Shown: piece after piece, positions 13,400 through 24,949 of the stretch | Numbering within the stretch: position 1 is the first letter of the stretch | Layout of the letters: each line of letters opens with the position of its first letter | Made by a program: the position numbers and the translations under genes | Notes under the pieces: model-generated | What the model was told of the DNA's origin: nothing | What the model saw: the letters and a program-made list of their open reading frames with translations, nothing else | Database searches by the model: none | Origin: Neoechinorhynchus agilis | Taxonomy: Eukaryota > Animalia > Acanthocephala | NCBI GenBank assembly: GCA_051530055.1 | Contig: CM121342.1 | Location: forward strand, 15,515,480-15,579,479 | DNA length: 64,000 nucleotides | Direction: 5' to 3'

Positions 13400-13570
13400 A
13401 GTTAAATAATCCACAGGAAATCCTTAGGGATGATAGAGTTGGAAGATAACCGGATAGGAAGCATTCTATTGATATATGTGAGATTCTCGCGAAATGTTCC
13501 AATGAAACATTTCTATCCGGTGATCACCATATCTCCAAGATGATAATCCTCCGGATGAAAGATATTTTAT
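13400..13570. repeat. Dispersed relative of the 39.6-41.7 kb foldback repeat family
   Basis: Shares GATGATAGAGTTGG, CCGGATGAAAGATATTTTATTGA and GGTGATCACCA segments with the array units. Confidence 0.6.
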
Positions 13571-14439
13571 TGATATGAAATATTTTGGGAAGTCTCGCCC
13601 CATCAGCTGCTAACGAACGTTCACTGAAAAAAACAGCTTCTTACCTTTCTCTCTTATGTTATTATTTTGAGCGATCATCAAAATCCAAGAGGGATCGTTA
13701 AAGTCGAATAGATATTTTGACTGATGGAATAAGTCATTATCAATTCAAACCTAAAAAAGTAGCAGGTATTGGTCACAAACACACTGAGTGATCGTTCGTT
13801 TTAACCCGGGAACCCAGTATCGCCACCCTTATAGGTTGATTCCTGTGTGCATTCAGGCCAACTAAAGGTAATTGAATGGAAACTTTTGCTTTGTTCCCTT
13901 CCATCGTGTTGGCCATTTCAATGTCGACTTTCATAAGTCGATGGAATTTTCACTGATTCCTGCAGAAAAATTCGATTTTATTGAATCGATTGAGTGTGTG
14001 GCTCAGTGTTAATGGTTTACTTGGGCCCAAGTGGGCAAGTTTCTTTGAACAGCGTATTGTTTCACCTACTTAGGCCATCTCGCAATCGTCGCTACGACCT
14101 TTGCTAAACTTACTTTTAAAGTCCTCTCAGAATAGTTTTTAGCTGAGATTTTAGTTTAAAGATATCCGTGATAGGTGGAGTTCACTTGTGATACAGGCGA
14201 ATAGGCTCTTTTGAATTTCCGAGTTTCCTGGGTAAAAGATTAAAGCAACCATTATCAACCTGAATTCAGATCGTATGAATGTTAATGCTGGGTTTTAGAT
14301 CAGCCGGTTAGTTCGGGTATGCCGTTCTTTTCCATAAGCCAATGACTGATGAGGCTTCGATAAGAAATCAATTAAATAAAACGTGTTTTATCCAATGATA
14401 TTAATTAGAACTTTATCATCCCGGAGAAATTTCTATAAT

Positions 14440-14618
14440 TTAAGATTATATTTTGTTTGGTGATTGAGAAAATAGAGATCAATTTATTAATTTCCTTTCA
14501 CAATATTTAGTTCGCCTCGTCAGACGTAAACATTCAGAGACAACCTGAAGAAGTCCGACGAAATGAACGAAATATTGTGATAGGGAAGTAATAAATTTAT
14601 TTCGATTTTCTCAATCAC
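14440..14618. mobile_element. Penelope-like pseudo-LTR palindrome, family B, with hammerhead motif at 14541-14579; interrupted on the right by the RTE insertion
   Basis: Inverted arms GGTGATTGAGAAAAT...CACAATATTT and AAATATTGTG...ATTTTCTCAATCACC. Core CUGAAGA...GAAAUAUUG. The sequence resumes at 17031. Confidence 0.75.
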
Positions 14619-15542
14619 CAACAACAAACGCGGAGTAAGCCCACTTACTCACCTCAGCATCCTCATCTCCATGACTGATAGGCGCTTTTCTGAAGCTTTG
14701 GTCATCGGCCAGCATTCAGCGCCATACATTGCTACAGGTCGGATAACTGTCGAGTAGATCTTCGATTTTAGGCTGTCTTTTATGCTGCAATCGGAAAGTA
14801 CACCGGTTGTCTATCGTCATTTAGTCCAGCAACAACAACATTTCTTTGAACTATTCTCTCACTTGAGAGGTCGTTCTTTTCAGCATTGTCGGTTCGCTCA
14901 CACTGTCCTCCCACCTCTTCTTGGGTCTCCCTCTTCGCCTTTTCCCCTCGAGCTCGATTCTCCATGCGCTCTTTACCCAGGCATGTTTATCTGCTTGTGG
15001 CACCTGCAGGTACCATCGCATTTGTCTTAGCGATTGCTTCATCGATCGGCTCGACGGCAAACAGCTTTCACACTTCCTCATTGGGCACTCGATCCTTGTG
15101 TGTCAATCCTGCGGACGATCTCAGCATCCGCATTTCGTTGACGGCTAATCGTTGAACGTCTTTCTTCTTCGTAGCCCACTTCTCTGCTCCGTGGAGCATG
15201 GCGGGTCGCACTGCTGCCTTGTACACCCGCCGTTTGAGCTTGTTCGGGAAACGCTTATCGCAAAGGATGCCTGTTGTCTTCCTCCAGTTGTTCCACACGC
15301 ATTGAACTCTTTGTCCGATCTCTGGTGCGAGCTCACACTGCATGTTCAACAGGCTGCCCAAATATTTGAAGGTGTTCATATTTTTGACCTGATTAGTTGA
15401 TTTTGTCAGCTATTTTCTCGACCGCATGTATACATTTCTTTTTTAATATTGATGTGCATTAGCAATTTCGCCGGCCGGAGGAATTTTGTTTTCTACATCA
15501 GAGAAGTGATGTTACCACTTTAACTCGGATGAGTCGTTAAGA

Positions 15543-15648
15543 GTTCGTACATTTCTCCGGATCCTCAGATACCTCCAGGAGGCGGGACTCATCAGTGAGT
15601 TTCCTCCCTTCAGCGGTATTTCGTCCCCTTTGGTTGTGCGTTATTGGA
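15543..15648 (-). mobile_element. 5'-truncated SINE body nested in the RTE reverse transcriptase
   Basis: Matches 24020-24117 and 40727-40835 (GGATCCTCAGATACC...GGCGGGACTCATCAGTGAGTTTCC...TTTGGTTGTGCG). Confidence 0.75.
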
Positions 15649-16959
15649 GTTCCTTTCATATCCAGATTACCCGGCCCCATGTATTTCGTTTTGCATCTGC
15701 TCACTCTCAATCCATTGCTCTCTAATCGCTGTCGCCAACTCTTCAGCAAATTCCTGAGCGTGTCCACGTCCTTAGCTGTGAGCACCAAATCGTCCGCGAA
15801 TAGTATCGTCCATGGTGCGTTCATTTCTCTTTAGGCATTGTCGGCTATTTGGCTTTCCTTCGAATATCGAGGTCCATCACGAGCACTCTATGTTGCGTCG
15901 TGCACTCCTCTCCTAGTATTATCGTGACATTCTGAACTTCACCCCATTTCCCTATCAGATACAAAATGAAATCGATTTGGCATGATCTTTCACCACTTGA
16001 GTATGTGTAAATGTACCGTGGGTCCTTTTTGAAGTATTTATTTTAAATACAATCCAATAGTGTTACACCCTCGGCGTTCCTTTATCCTACACTGTGTCCT
16101 ACATGAATTCACTCGTATCAATCTCTCGGCGCCACGCGTCCGTTGAAATCGCCGGTTATCACACATCGACTCTCCCTAGGCCTTGTCACTTCCGATAAAT
16201 CCAGCCAAAATTCCTCCTTCTCCTCTTCACTACAACCGAGTTGTGGGGCGTACGCAGAAACTATTGTTGTGGCTTCGCCGTTAACGCTTGCCTTCAGCGA
16301 AATTACCCGATCGCTTGTTCGTGTCACCTCTACGACGTTGTCCACTAAATCCTTTGATACTATGACGCCCACTCCGTTAATACCACTTGCCCCTCCACTA
16401 TAGAACAGTTTAAATCCGCCGCCTAATTCTCTAGCCTTCCCTCCCTTCCATCTGATCTTCTGGACGCCAAAAATTTCGATTTTTATCCTATTCATCAAAT
16501 CGGAACTTCCCTGCTTCTCCCGATCACTGAACCTACGTTCAGGGTGTAGGTTCGTATTTTAATAACACGTTTTTATTACCACACACCAAAACAAGCACGG
16601 GGACCATGTATCTTTGGATTCGTGCTGTTTGATTGAGACTGAATTCGAAAAAAGTTGCAAGCCGTCGCATTTGCATGAGCCTTTCCTCCGATTCAGGCCG
16701 TAGACTCATGGGTTGATTGTGGGATGGCAAAAAATGATTTTTATATAGTGTGGTGCGCGGGAGAGGCGGATTTCGCTTATTTAACCGGACCCGTCGTAAA
16801 TCCGGTAACCCTTAATAATTTTTCACAAACCCCGGGCGCCGGGTTTGAGCGTCGCATGAAGGGAACACCCTAACCCGATCGATCGGAGGTATTAGACTTG
16901 ACATTGCTGATGTGCTTTTGGCTCAAGGTTTTACGGTCGGATGCCCATCCTGACGCCAA

Positions 16960-17014
16960 CCCTCCCCATTTGTCCGGGCTTGGGACCGGCACCGAGTCAC
17001 CCGATGACTGGGTT
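16960..17014 (-). ncRNA. Twister ribozyme, post-cleavage portion, at the RTE 5' end
   Basis: Minus strand AACCC-[AGUCA/UGACU hairpin]-CGGU GCCGGUCCCAAGCCCGG ACAAAU GGGG AGGG. Reproduces the twister core GCCGGUCCCAAGCCCGG...GGAGGG as recalled from the rice Osa-1-4 type. Confidence 0.85.
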
Positions 17015-17030
17015 CGATTTTCTCAATCAC

Positions 17031-18222
17031 AAAACAAAATATATCCACGAACAACTTCTTTGCAATAATTTAAGATTGTACGTTGGCGAATCCAGTCCCC
17101 GGTGTTGCCGTTACTCATTTTTTTATTTGAGAAATATTTCGCAAGGTTTTCCTTGCCTCTTTAGTCGCTATCTAAAATGGAGATGACATAAACAGCATGC
17201 ACAGCCGGTCATTTCTGGATGCAGCTCAGATCCGCGGGTTTGCTCCGCACACACCTCTTGCGGTTTGTTGCCAACTAATTTGTTCGTCATGCTACGCAAC
17301 TTTGGAAGCACCAGAGTGAAGTTTGATTTGTTGCCTTCCATCGTTGGATTTCCCCGGATGTGAATGGCCTCAAAAGTCAGTCTTCTACTCAGATCCGGTT
17401 CGCTGGTTAGGAATGCCGCTTTTTGAAAATCCACCTTGTGCTGGGCTGTTTGCTGGTGGTTCGAGATTGCTGAGGATTTGTCGAATGTCCTGCAAGCTTG
17501 TTTATGCTGCGAGATCCGTTTCCTGATCCCTTGCATAGTTATTCCGCACATGAAATTTTGTATATCCCTGATTTGGTCTCTTGCTTGGCTTTCCTCTTGA
17601 GAATGCCCGCAATGGATGCGTCCCGTTTGTTGTAGATCAAAAGATTTGGAGCGAGCTAGTTGAGGCGTCTCAGTTTTTCGGCCGCGTTGTCACTTATGTG
17701 GTAAAAGCCAGTGTATTCGAGGGAGATGCTTGCGGTTTCCTTCTTCTTGCGGTGGCCGCTATGTGTTGCCTTTTTCAGACTGATTTTGATGGCATATTCA
17801 GGGAAGCCTCGTGATCCGAGAACTTTGGTGATATTTTGTTTTTCTTCTTCCCAATCCCTGCTTTCTGAAGAAATCATCCTGGCCCTCTTGAAGTAGTAGA
17901 ACGTTGCCGCTGTTATTTTATAGTGGAACGGTTGGTGGCTCGACCAGTGAGGTGGTCGCCATGCTATACCTGGTTTGCGGTAGAGCTGTGTTTTGATGTT
18001 GCCTTTATCATCGTGTTTTATCTTTACGTCCAAAAAGGAGATAGCCCCTCTTCGTCTTTCTGAGTCATGGACCACTGAATGTTTGGATCCTCCATGCAAC
18101 CTGAAGATGTCCGATGAGACGGTCGAAATATTGTGAAAAAAAATTAATAAATTAATCTCGATTTTCTCAATCACGAAACAAAATATATCCACGAACAACT
18201 TCTTTGCAATAATTTAAGATTA
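17031..18222 (-). mobile_element. 5'-truncated Penelope-like retroelement (RT thumb plus GIY-YIG), degenerate
   Basis: ISFLDVKI...TQLYRKP...SSHQP (PLE RT C-terminus, ORF 17656-18198) and CGITMQGIRKRISQH...FEAIHI (GIY-YIG-like, ORF 17168-17551). About 60-bp direct repeats at 17019-17078 and 18163-18222. Confidence 0.88.
18097..18135 (+). ncRNA. Hammerhead ribozyme motif, family B (further copies at 18335-18373 and 14541-14579)
   Basis: CAAC CUGAAGA U GUCCG augaga CGGUC GAAA UAUU GUG followed by AATAAA. The inverted arm copy has CGGAC, which restores a 5-bp stem II. Confidence 0.6.
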
Positions 18223-18239
18223 TTTTAAAGATGTTGTTC

Positions 18240-18420
18240 ATACATACGTATTTTTTGGTGATTGAGAAGAATAGAGATTGATTTATTAATTCCCAATATT
18301 TCGTCCGTTTGTCTAAGGCGTCGGAACTTGCAAGCAACCTGAAGAAGTCCGATGAGACAGTCGAAATATTGGGAACTAATAAATAAATCTCTATGCCTCA
18401 CAATCAACAAACAAAATAAA
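18240..18420. mobile_element. Second family B pseudo-LTR palindrome
   Basis: Inverted arms GTGATTGAG...CCCAATATTTCG and CGAAATATTGGG...CACAATCAAC, with a hammerhead core in the right arm. Confidence 0.72.
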
Positions 18421-18538
18421 GAATTGACAGAACTCAACACTCCTCGCTGCATAAGACCATATGAAACGTCATTGATAAAAAGACGAGAAAGAACCTATAA
18501 CACCATCGGTCTCTTTGCAGACAAATGTAGTTTACAAA

Positions 18539-21500
18539 ATGTCGACGCAGCTTCGGTCTTCACTTCAGAGTCAATTGAGTTTCCTCGCTTCCGAACAAAT
18601 AACTCAGGCTTTAACGGATGTTAAACGAGTTCGGCCGAGTTTTCTTTATGATTCATCGCAATCGGCTCTTATCGATCGACGCACTCTCTTTTCCCTTGCT
18701 TCCATCGCACTGGGAACACTGGTCGATAAAAATTCCCGTTTCGCTGATTTCACGTCCGATCTATTTTCCGACGCCAGTGTCGAGACTGAACGGTATCTTC
18801 TTTCGACTCAAGAAAATAAGATAATCGATTCTAGAATCGAGGAGTTCTTGACTCTCCTTTCTCCATATTTCCTATTCAGACCAGCTCAAAAGTGTCTCGA
18901 GTGGCTCGTACAACGTTTTCACATCCACACTCAGAATTCAAGGATTTTCATTCTTTGTGCTTTGCCATACTATGACCACATTGTCTTCGTTAGAGTGGTT
19001 CAGATTTGCGATCTTAAGAAACTTGAAGATTTTAAGCCGACAAACTGCCAATTAAGAGCTTAGGTTGATTTGTATCCTTCTAAAATACCAATTAGCAAGC
19101 TTGTTTCCTTTTGGTAATTTTAGATTGACTAATTTATTATCGACTGAAATAATGTCGCATTTATTCGACATGGAATATCGGTAATAAATTAGTCAATTTA
19201 AAAATTCGAGGATTTTGTGTTTACTAAGGAAAAGAAAGTATCCTCTTAGCCTGATACAAAGTTTGTTTTGCCAAGATATTACTTAGACTCTTTTTTCGAA
19301 AAAATTAAGGTTTTTCTTGAAACTTTCAGTGCTCAAATATTTAAAAAGTCTAAAATCGATAACACTAATCAATTGAATGGGTAAGAAATACTAAAAATGA
19401 CTTATTACTCGCTACCAGATTGATTGTTTTCTTCATTATAGGAACGTGACATCCCCACGGAATTTGATCAATTCGAGTTTCGTATTAAGGTTTGTAGTTT
19501 GGCGGCACTAAATGGCTCGAAAAGGTGAAAATATCTGGCTGTGTCCTGTCTGATTCGGCTATTGTTCACCGCATTTTCTCAGATCCGGCATTTTTACAAT
19601 CGATTGGAAGAAAAGCTTTATGTAATAGAATCGAATCTACAACACTTACGGCGCTTTTTCTAAAACTCTCTTCAATGTCGATTGAACGAAAACTTGAATC
19701 CGGTTCATCTCAATGCAGTTGTTTTATCAACGCTCTCGTTCCAATTTTGCTTGGTGGACTACAGACAAAAGGATCAACCCGAATGGTATCGATGTGTTTG
19801 TGTTCTATGCTATGCCATTCAAATATTGGATTGAACGAATCGATCAAGAGGACAATAATTGAACGCGTGCTTAAGAGTCCTGGCTGCCCGAAGCAGGACT
19901 TTCTCTGCATCAAATGTGTTTATGGATCCGATCCTGCGGCACAGGAATTAGGTCGCATTCGCTCTTATTACCACAAAAAAGGGCTTTATAAGTGTTTCGT
20001 AGCAAAATTTCTCATTTAAAAATAGTGAAAATATTTTTCATATGAGAGTGATTGCCTAAAGAAACAATGACCATGACCTGTTTGGATCCATAGTTGACCT
20101 GTACATGAACCAAAAGCCCACGTTAGAACCTAAAAATTTCCTTAGAAAACTGACCAGGGACTGTTTTCGCAGTGTAACACTCATGGCAAGTGGTTCTCGT
20201 TTCATTGAAGAACTCATTGACTCACCTTCGGAGAATGCCGACGTTGTTATACAGAACGCACTCGCCCTTTTATCACGTACGGTTCCGAGTTCTTGCCCCG
20301 CAGAAATCTACTCTTCTTTGACAAACATTTTGAAGGAATATTCAAACCGACACAGCGAGATGTTTGACGTTTGTGTTCAAAGAATCAGTGCTGATCGTGT
20401 GTTTTTGGATAGGTTGGTTGAAGATTGTATGATTGATCGGCATGCATTTGTTCATGATATCGGCCAAAGCTTGATAAGTCTCCTCAAGTCACCTAATTCC
20501 GAATTGCGAAAGGAGGGAGTTAAGCGATTGTGTTCTATACGTGATCGAAAATTTGCATCGGATACTGTCATTAAACTGATCAGCGAGGAAGAGAACGAAG
20601 ATGTTCTTGAGGCTTGCATAGATGCTTCTCGTGATATCATGGAGAATGATGGGTACGAGCTTCTTCTTGATATCTTGGGCACTACTTGTTTCAAACGAAA
20701 ACTACTCTTTGAGATGATCTCGAAATTATTGGAAAAATGTCCTCTTAATTATCGACCGGTCTTTGCTTTTCGATACACGTTGAAATCGAAGAATATATCA
20801 CTTAAGGCGATAAATGAGCTTTTGACCGGAGTGAGCATAAGCTATGATTTCGGTGTTGAATTTTCGAACAAATTCCAAGATCCGTATCCGTCATTGATTA
20901 TTGGTTTCGCCGCGTTCAATGCTGGCCGCGAATGTGCGGACGTGGTAAAGTGCCTTATGATATCAACACGGTACATACCTTTGATAGAAGTTGAATTTGA
21001 GACTACTCTTAATACTGACAATGTTTCCAAGTTGCTGATCGATAAAGGAGTTGAGCAGACTTTGTTTAGCGTTGTGGTAGAATGCATTAAGAGAGAAAAT
21101 GACCTTATTGAACTAATATTTAATGAGGAGAACTGGTTGGCAGAACGCATTCTACGCGAAACCCTTAAGCGCTTTGAACCGGACAAGATGACCATGGTTT
21201 TTGGGCGAATAAATCCCATTTATTATCATAAAATCCAGTTGTTCTATAAACCTAAAGGAACCGCGAATCTAGAAACTATTCTCAGATTTGCGTTTCTGGA
21301 CGCTCATTCGTGCCCGGGGCTCATAAAATGTCTCCTCGGCTGTGAGTTTGATTCTTCATTGAAAGATTCCATAACTCAAGGAGGGAGTCTACAACAATGC
21401 TTATCAAATTATGTGAACACTCATGGTGAAGATGAGATTATGAACTTTATTTTGAGTCAAAAAGAATACCATATTCTTTCACTACTCGCTGATTGCACAC

Positions 21501-23881
21501 TTAATCTCAGCGACCAAAGTATGCTGGAAATATGGCGACAAGAAAAAGTACCGTACTTTGTACCGCACTTGCTGCGGGCATCTAACGCTCATCTGAAGGA
21601 ATTGATTCAGGGTGACTCAGACACTATGAAGGCGGTTTGCGAGTATTTGTCTAAAACAGGTTTGCCCATTCACGAGTATGAGATTGCCGAGGAAATTCTT
21701 AGAAAATGTGGAGTAGACGAAATGAGAAGTGTTAAAATCGAACCGAGTATTCTCATTAGATTGTTGGACAGAAATTTGAACGATATCGACAGACGAAACG
21801 CGCTTCTTGATATTATTGATTCCAACGACGTCTTCGAATGCGAGGAAGTAGTGACCGGTGTTTTGCAAACACTGGATCACAATGACCTCTCTACTGTCCG
21901 TACTTGTCTTAGTATATTGGAAAAACAGCCATCACTAAGACAGCGAGCAGTAAATGCTGCACTAAACAGATTCTATCAGTGTCCCGTTTTAGTGGTAAAA
22001 ACTTTAAAGAAGGCAAATCCTTCTCTTGTGGTGCAGTCCTTCTCCAATTCGAACTTGGATTTCACGTCCATCACTTCACATAGCAGAAGTTATGAGCTCA
22101 TGAAGGAATTGTTCCAGCTCATTCTGAGAAGCGACAACTCTGCATATAGTTTGGACGTTTTGATTCGTTTTTCTGGACATAGCAGTCAAGCGGTTCAGGC
22201 GATCATTGGTTCCAGTCCCAATATTCCAGATACGATTCGTATTCTCCTGCAATTTGAATCTTTAAGTCCAAAAGCGATTTCAGACGCAATGGCGAATGAA
22301 CTCAAAAATGCCGTTATTTTTGATGTGGTCGAACTGCTAGTCACTGCCAGTGAGAACAAACATTCCGCGCGAATCTCGGAACTGGTGGAGCACTTAATCA
22401 CAAATGCTACATTTCAATCAAACGCACTCAGTGAGTGTGACGTCGAAAGCACTCAGCAATGGATTCTGAAGATACTTTATCGCTTATGCGAATGGAAATG
22501 CGCCGTTCGTTCAATTGCGGTACTTTTGCGTCTTATTTCGATGGAAGACTTTGTTCAGATAGTTGAAAATACGAAGGTCGTCATTCCAGATATCCTTTTG
22601 CATCGAGTTTGCACTGAACGCCCGATCAGAATTTGCAAATCTGGATTCATTGAGTATTTAATCGGTCTCATGAACAGAATCGATGGAAATTTCGTGCCAT
22701 TAGCATTCGATTGCCTTAATGAATTTGTGGTTGAAAGCGCACTTCAGGAACCAAACGAACATATCAATCGATTATTGAAAGAAAAGGTTGCGCCGGCATG
22801 CCTGAATCACTTCCATACTCACGAAGAAGCAATATCGTGTCTTTTGTCCTTACTTGACTATCCCGGGTTTCTTCTTATCCAAAACGTTGGTACAATTGTA
22901 GATTTGTTGGTGAAAACAGAGTACCGAGTATCGTTTGAACATCTGCTGATATGTCTCCTATCAAAATATCACAATTTCCTCACTCCTTACTTATACCAAT
23001 TGATACGCCATTTCTCAAACACGCCACTGTCCGCCGCCATATTTTCGACCTTACCTTCACGACTGCTCATTCCGCCATGTGTCGAACTCATTCGACAAGA
23101 GAAACAAGACGGATCCGTCATTGGATTGCTCCACAAAGCGCTTAAACGACTCCCCGTCGATCAAATCAATAACCAGGTTGTGTTTATAAGAAACGTGTTT
23201 GTATCACTTCTGGAACTGGGAACTCCAGAATGCCTAACTATAATTGAAGACGTTGTTGTGAAGATGTCCTCTCGTGTTTTCGGTCAAATCGCTGCTTTTC
23301 TGCTCTCAAATCATTCAAGTCACCATTACTCACGCCAAAGTCTTTTAAAATTGAACGTGGCGCTAAGTGAGCGGTTAAAGAACCTCTTCACTCCGTTTGC
23401 GAGACCAATTCTGAATGCTTGCCTCGAGGAAGATGAAGCAGTCGAGTTGTCAATTCAATGTATCACCAGCATTTGCCAACACGACCATCATCATGAACTC
23501 GTGATCGATGACGGTTTCATGAACGAACTTTTGACTTATGCATTGAAAAGTCGCGCTCCCAACGAGACTGTGGCCAACTGCTGTGCCGCTGTGTTCGTAT
23601 CCGCAAACTGTCCTCGAATGTGGCTAAACGCGACAAATCAAATAATGCTGGAAAAATCCGCTAAAAGCAAACGAAAACACCGAATTCTCTTTATAGACTG
23701 TATCGAAAAATTGGTTCAACAACTCAGTGAGCAATTCAGAACGCTCATACCCGTCATTTGTCCTCGATTAATAGAACTCACCGATGACTATCGTGAAGAC
23801 GTCAGCAATCGAGCCAAAACGCTAGTAAATGAACTACATACGCTATTAGGAAGCGAATGTCTTGACGAATATCTTAAATAA
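18539..23881 (+). CDS. HEATR1: HEAT repeat protein 1 / U3 snoRNP protein UTP10 (introns about 19034-19509 and 19992-20061)
   Basis: N-terminal RPSFLYD, FLTLLSPYFLFRPAQKCLEWLVQRFHIH and LPYYD motifs. KWLEKVKISG...DPAFL segment. C-terminal BP28CT-like region ending in LIELTDDYREDVSNRAK...LGSECLDEYL. About 1600 aa when joined. Confidence 0.9.
19034..19509 (+). other. Candidate non-canonical hairpin-bounded intron in HEATR1 (476 nt; junction slides within a TAA repeat)
   Basis: 19036-19051 GCCGACAAACTGCCAA pairs with 19491-19506 TTTGTAGTTTGGCGGC (14 of 16 pairs). Removal gives QICDLKKLEDFKWLEKVK. No suitable GT donor nearby. Confidence 0.65.
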
Positions 23882-24019
23882 ATTGTTTCGAACTCGTACT
23901 CAAGTGCTTTTTTGTTTCAGCCGGTTATATTGTTTTAGTGTTTTTAAAAACATCCATTACTCGGCTTTTCCTTTTAGACGGCATAAAATCGCTTAGACCA
24001 TGAATCGCACACATTAATG

Positions 24020-24117
24020 AGTTTGTACATCCTTCCGGATCCTCAGATACCCCCCGAGAAGGCGGGACTCATCAGCGAGTTTCTCTAAATTGAGCCGTGT
24101 TTCGTCCCTTTGGTTTA
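24020..24117 (-). mobile_element. SINE body fragment
   Basis: Homologous to 15543-15648 and 40727-40835. Confidence 0.7.
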
Positions 24118-24640
24118 TGAGTAATCAGCCATCGCGGAATTGGGCAATTTGACCTTGAAATCGAGATTCAAGGTCGTTTGTTTAAAAACGATATGATAAG
24201 TAACACCTCTATCTAATCTTTCGAAAGCACTCAAAACGCCTTCATTCTCATCCTCCTCAATTTCTAAGACACATTTCTCTTTTTACTCACACTTACAATA
24301 CTCGTCGCTAAAACATTTTCCATCCTTCAGTTCCTCGCGCAAATCTGCACCTCCGTTCTTTTTCCCCACTGCTTAATTCTCCAAATGCGAAATGATTCGG
24401 AGGAAATAACGGAACAAAACAAAAACTAACAATTAAGCAACCAAAATTACGTTTAAGATCTGTTTGGACATCAAAATTTAAATTATCATGAACCGGGCGA
24501 AAGACCAAATCTCACAACATAACAATCTCTCCTGCGCATTAAAGTGGTCGGGGGACCCAAAATACATAGGTCCCTTTCTTTGTTACCATTAGTTCAGATG
24601 CTGAAAAATGAATAGCAAATGCTCACAAATCAAAGGTAAT

Positions 24641-24949
24641 TTATGTATTATTGCAACTATCGGCATTACAGCAAGTGGAAACAAAGAAACGCATTATAAT
24701 CGATGAGAATGGGCTCTGTGGAACACAGTCGGCTCTTGAACAAGTTCTTATAATATACTTTCCTCGTTTTCCAGTATAGCAACCGTGAGTACAGGTTACA
24801 GTTGGGTGAGGCACATTAGGCAGACAGCTTTTTCCATCATAAGTAACGCAATTGAAACACGTTACTTGTTCAGAATGTCTAATCAGCAGGAGACATGCCA
24901 CAAGAAGGACAAATACAGCTCTAATCTTAAATTCCATTTTATGCTCCAA
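24641..24949 (-). CDS. Secreted Ly6/uPAR three-finger protein
   Basis: Signal peptide, 10 Cys in LU spacing starting TCFNC and ending CCNADSCN. No GPI signal tail. Confidence 0.85.
   Translation of the reverse strand: MEHKMEFKIRAVFVLLVACLLLIRHSEQVTCFNCVTYDGKSCLPNVPHPTVTCTHGCYTGKRGKYIIRTCSRADCVPQSPFSSIIMRFFVSTCCNADSCNNT

Larger units (their letters stand above)
14619..17014 (-). mobile_element. RTE-clade non-LTR retrotransposon, degenerate, both ends present
   Basis: APE fragment 16118-16498 (IVSAYAPQLGCSEEEKEEFW, ITGDFN), RT FADD motif 15537-15824, FKYLGS, and C-terminal GKRRRGRPKKRWED. (TTG)n 3' tail. Target-site duplication TTCGATTTTCTCAATCAC at 14601-14618 and 17013-17030. Confidence 0.92.

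Noticed and set aside
15560-15610. Hammerhead ribozyme in the SINE body (CUGAUGAGUCC...GGAGAAA on the minus strand)
   Set aside because: The GAAA half-core is not conserved in the other two copies (AGGA, GGAA), and the G10.1-C11.1 pair is missing.
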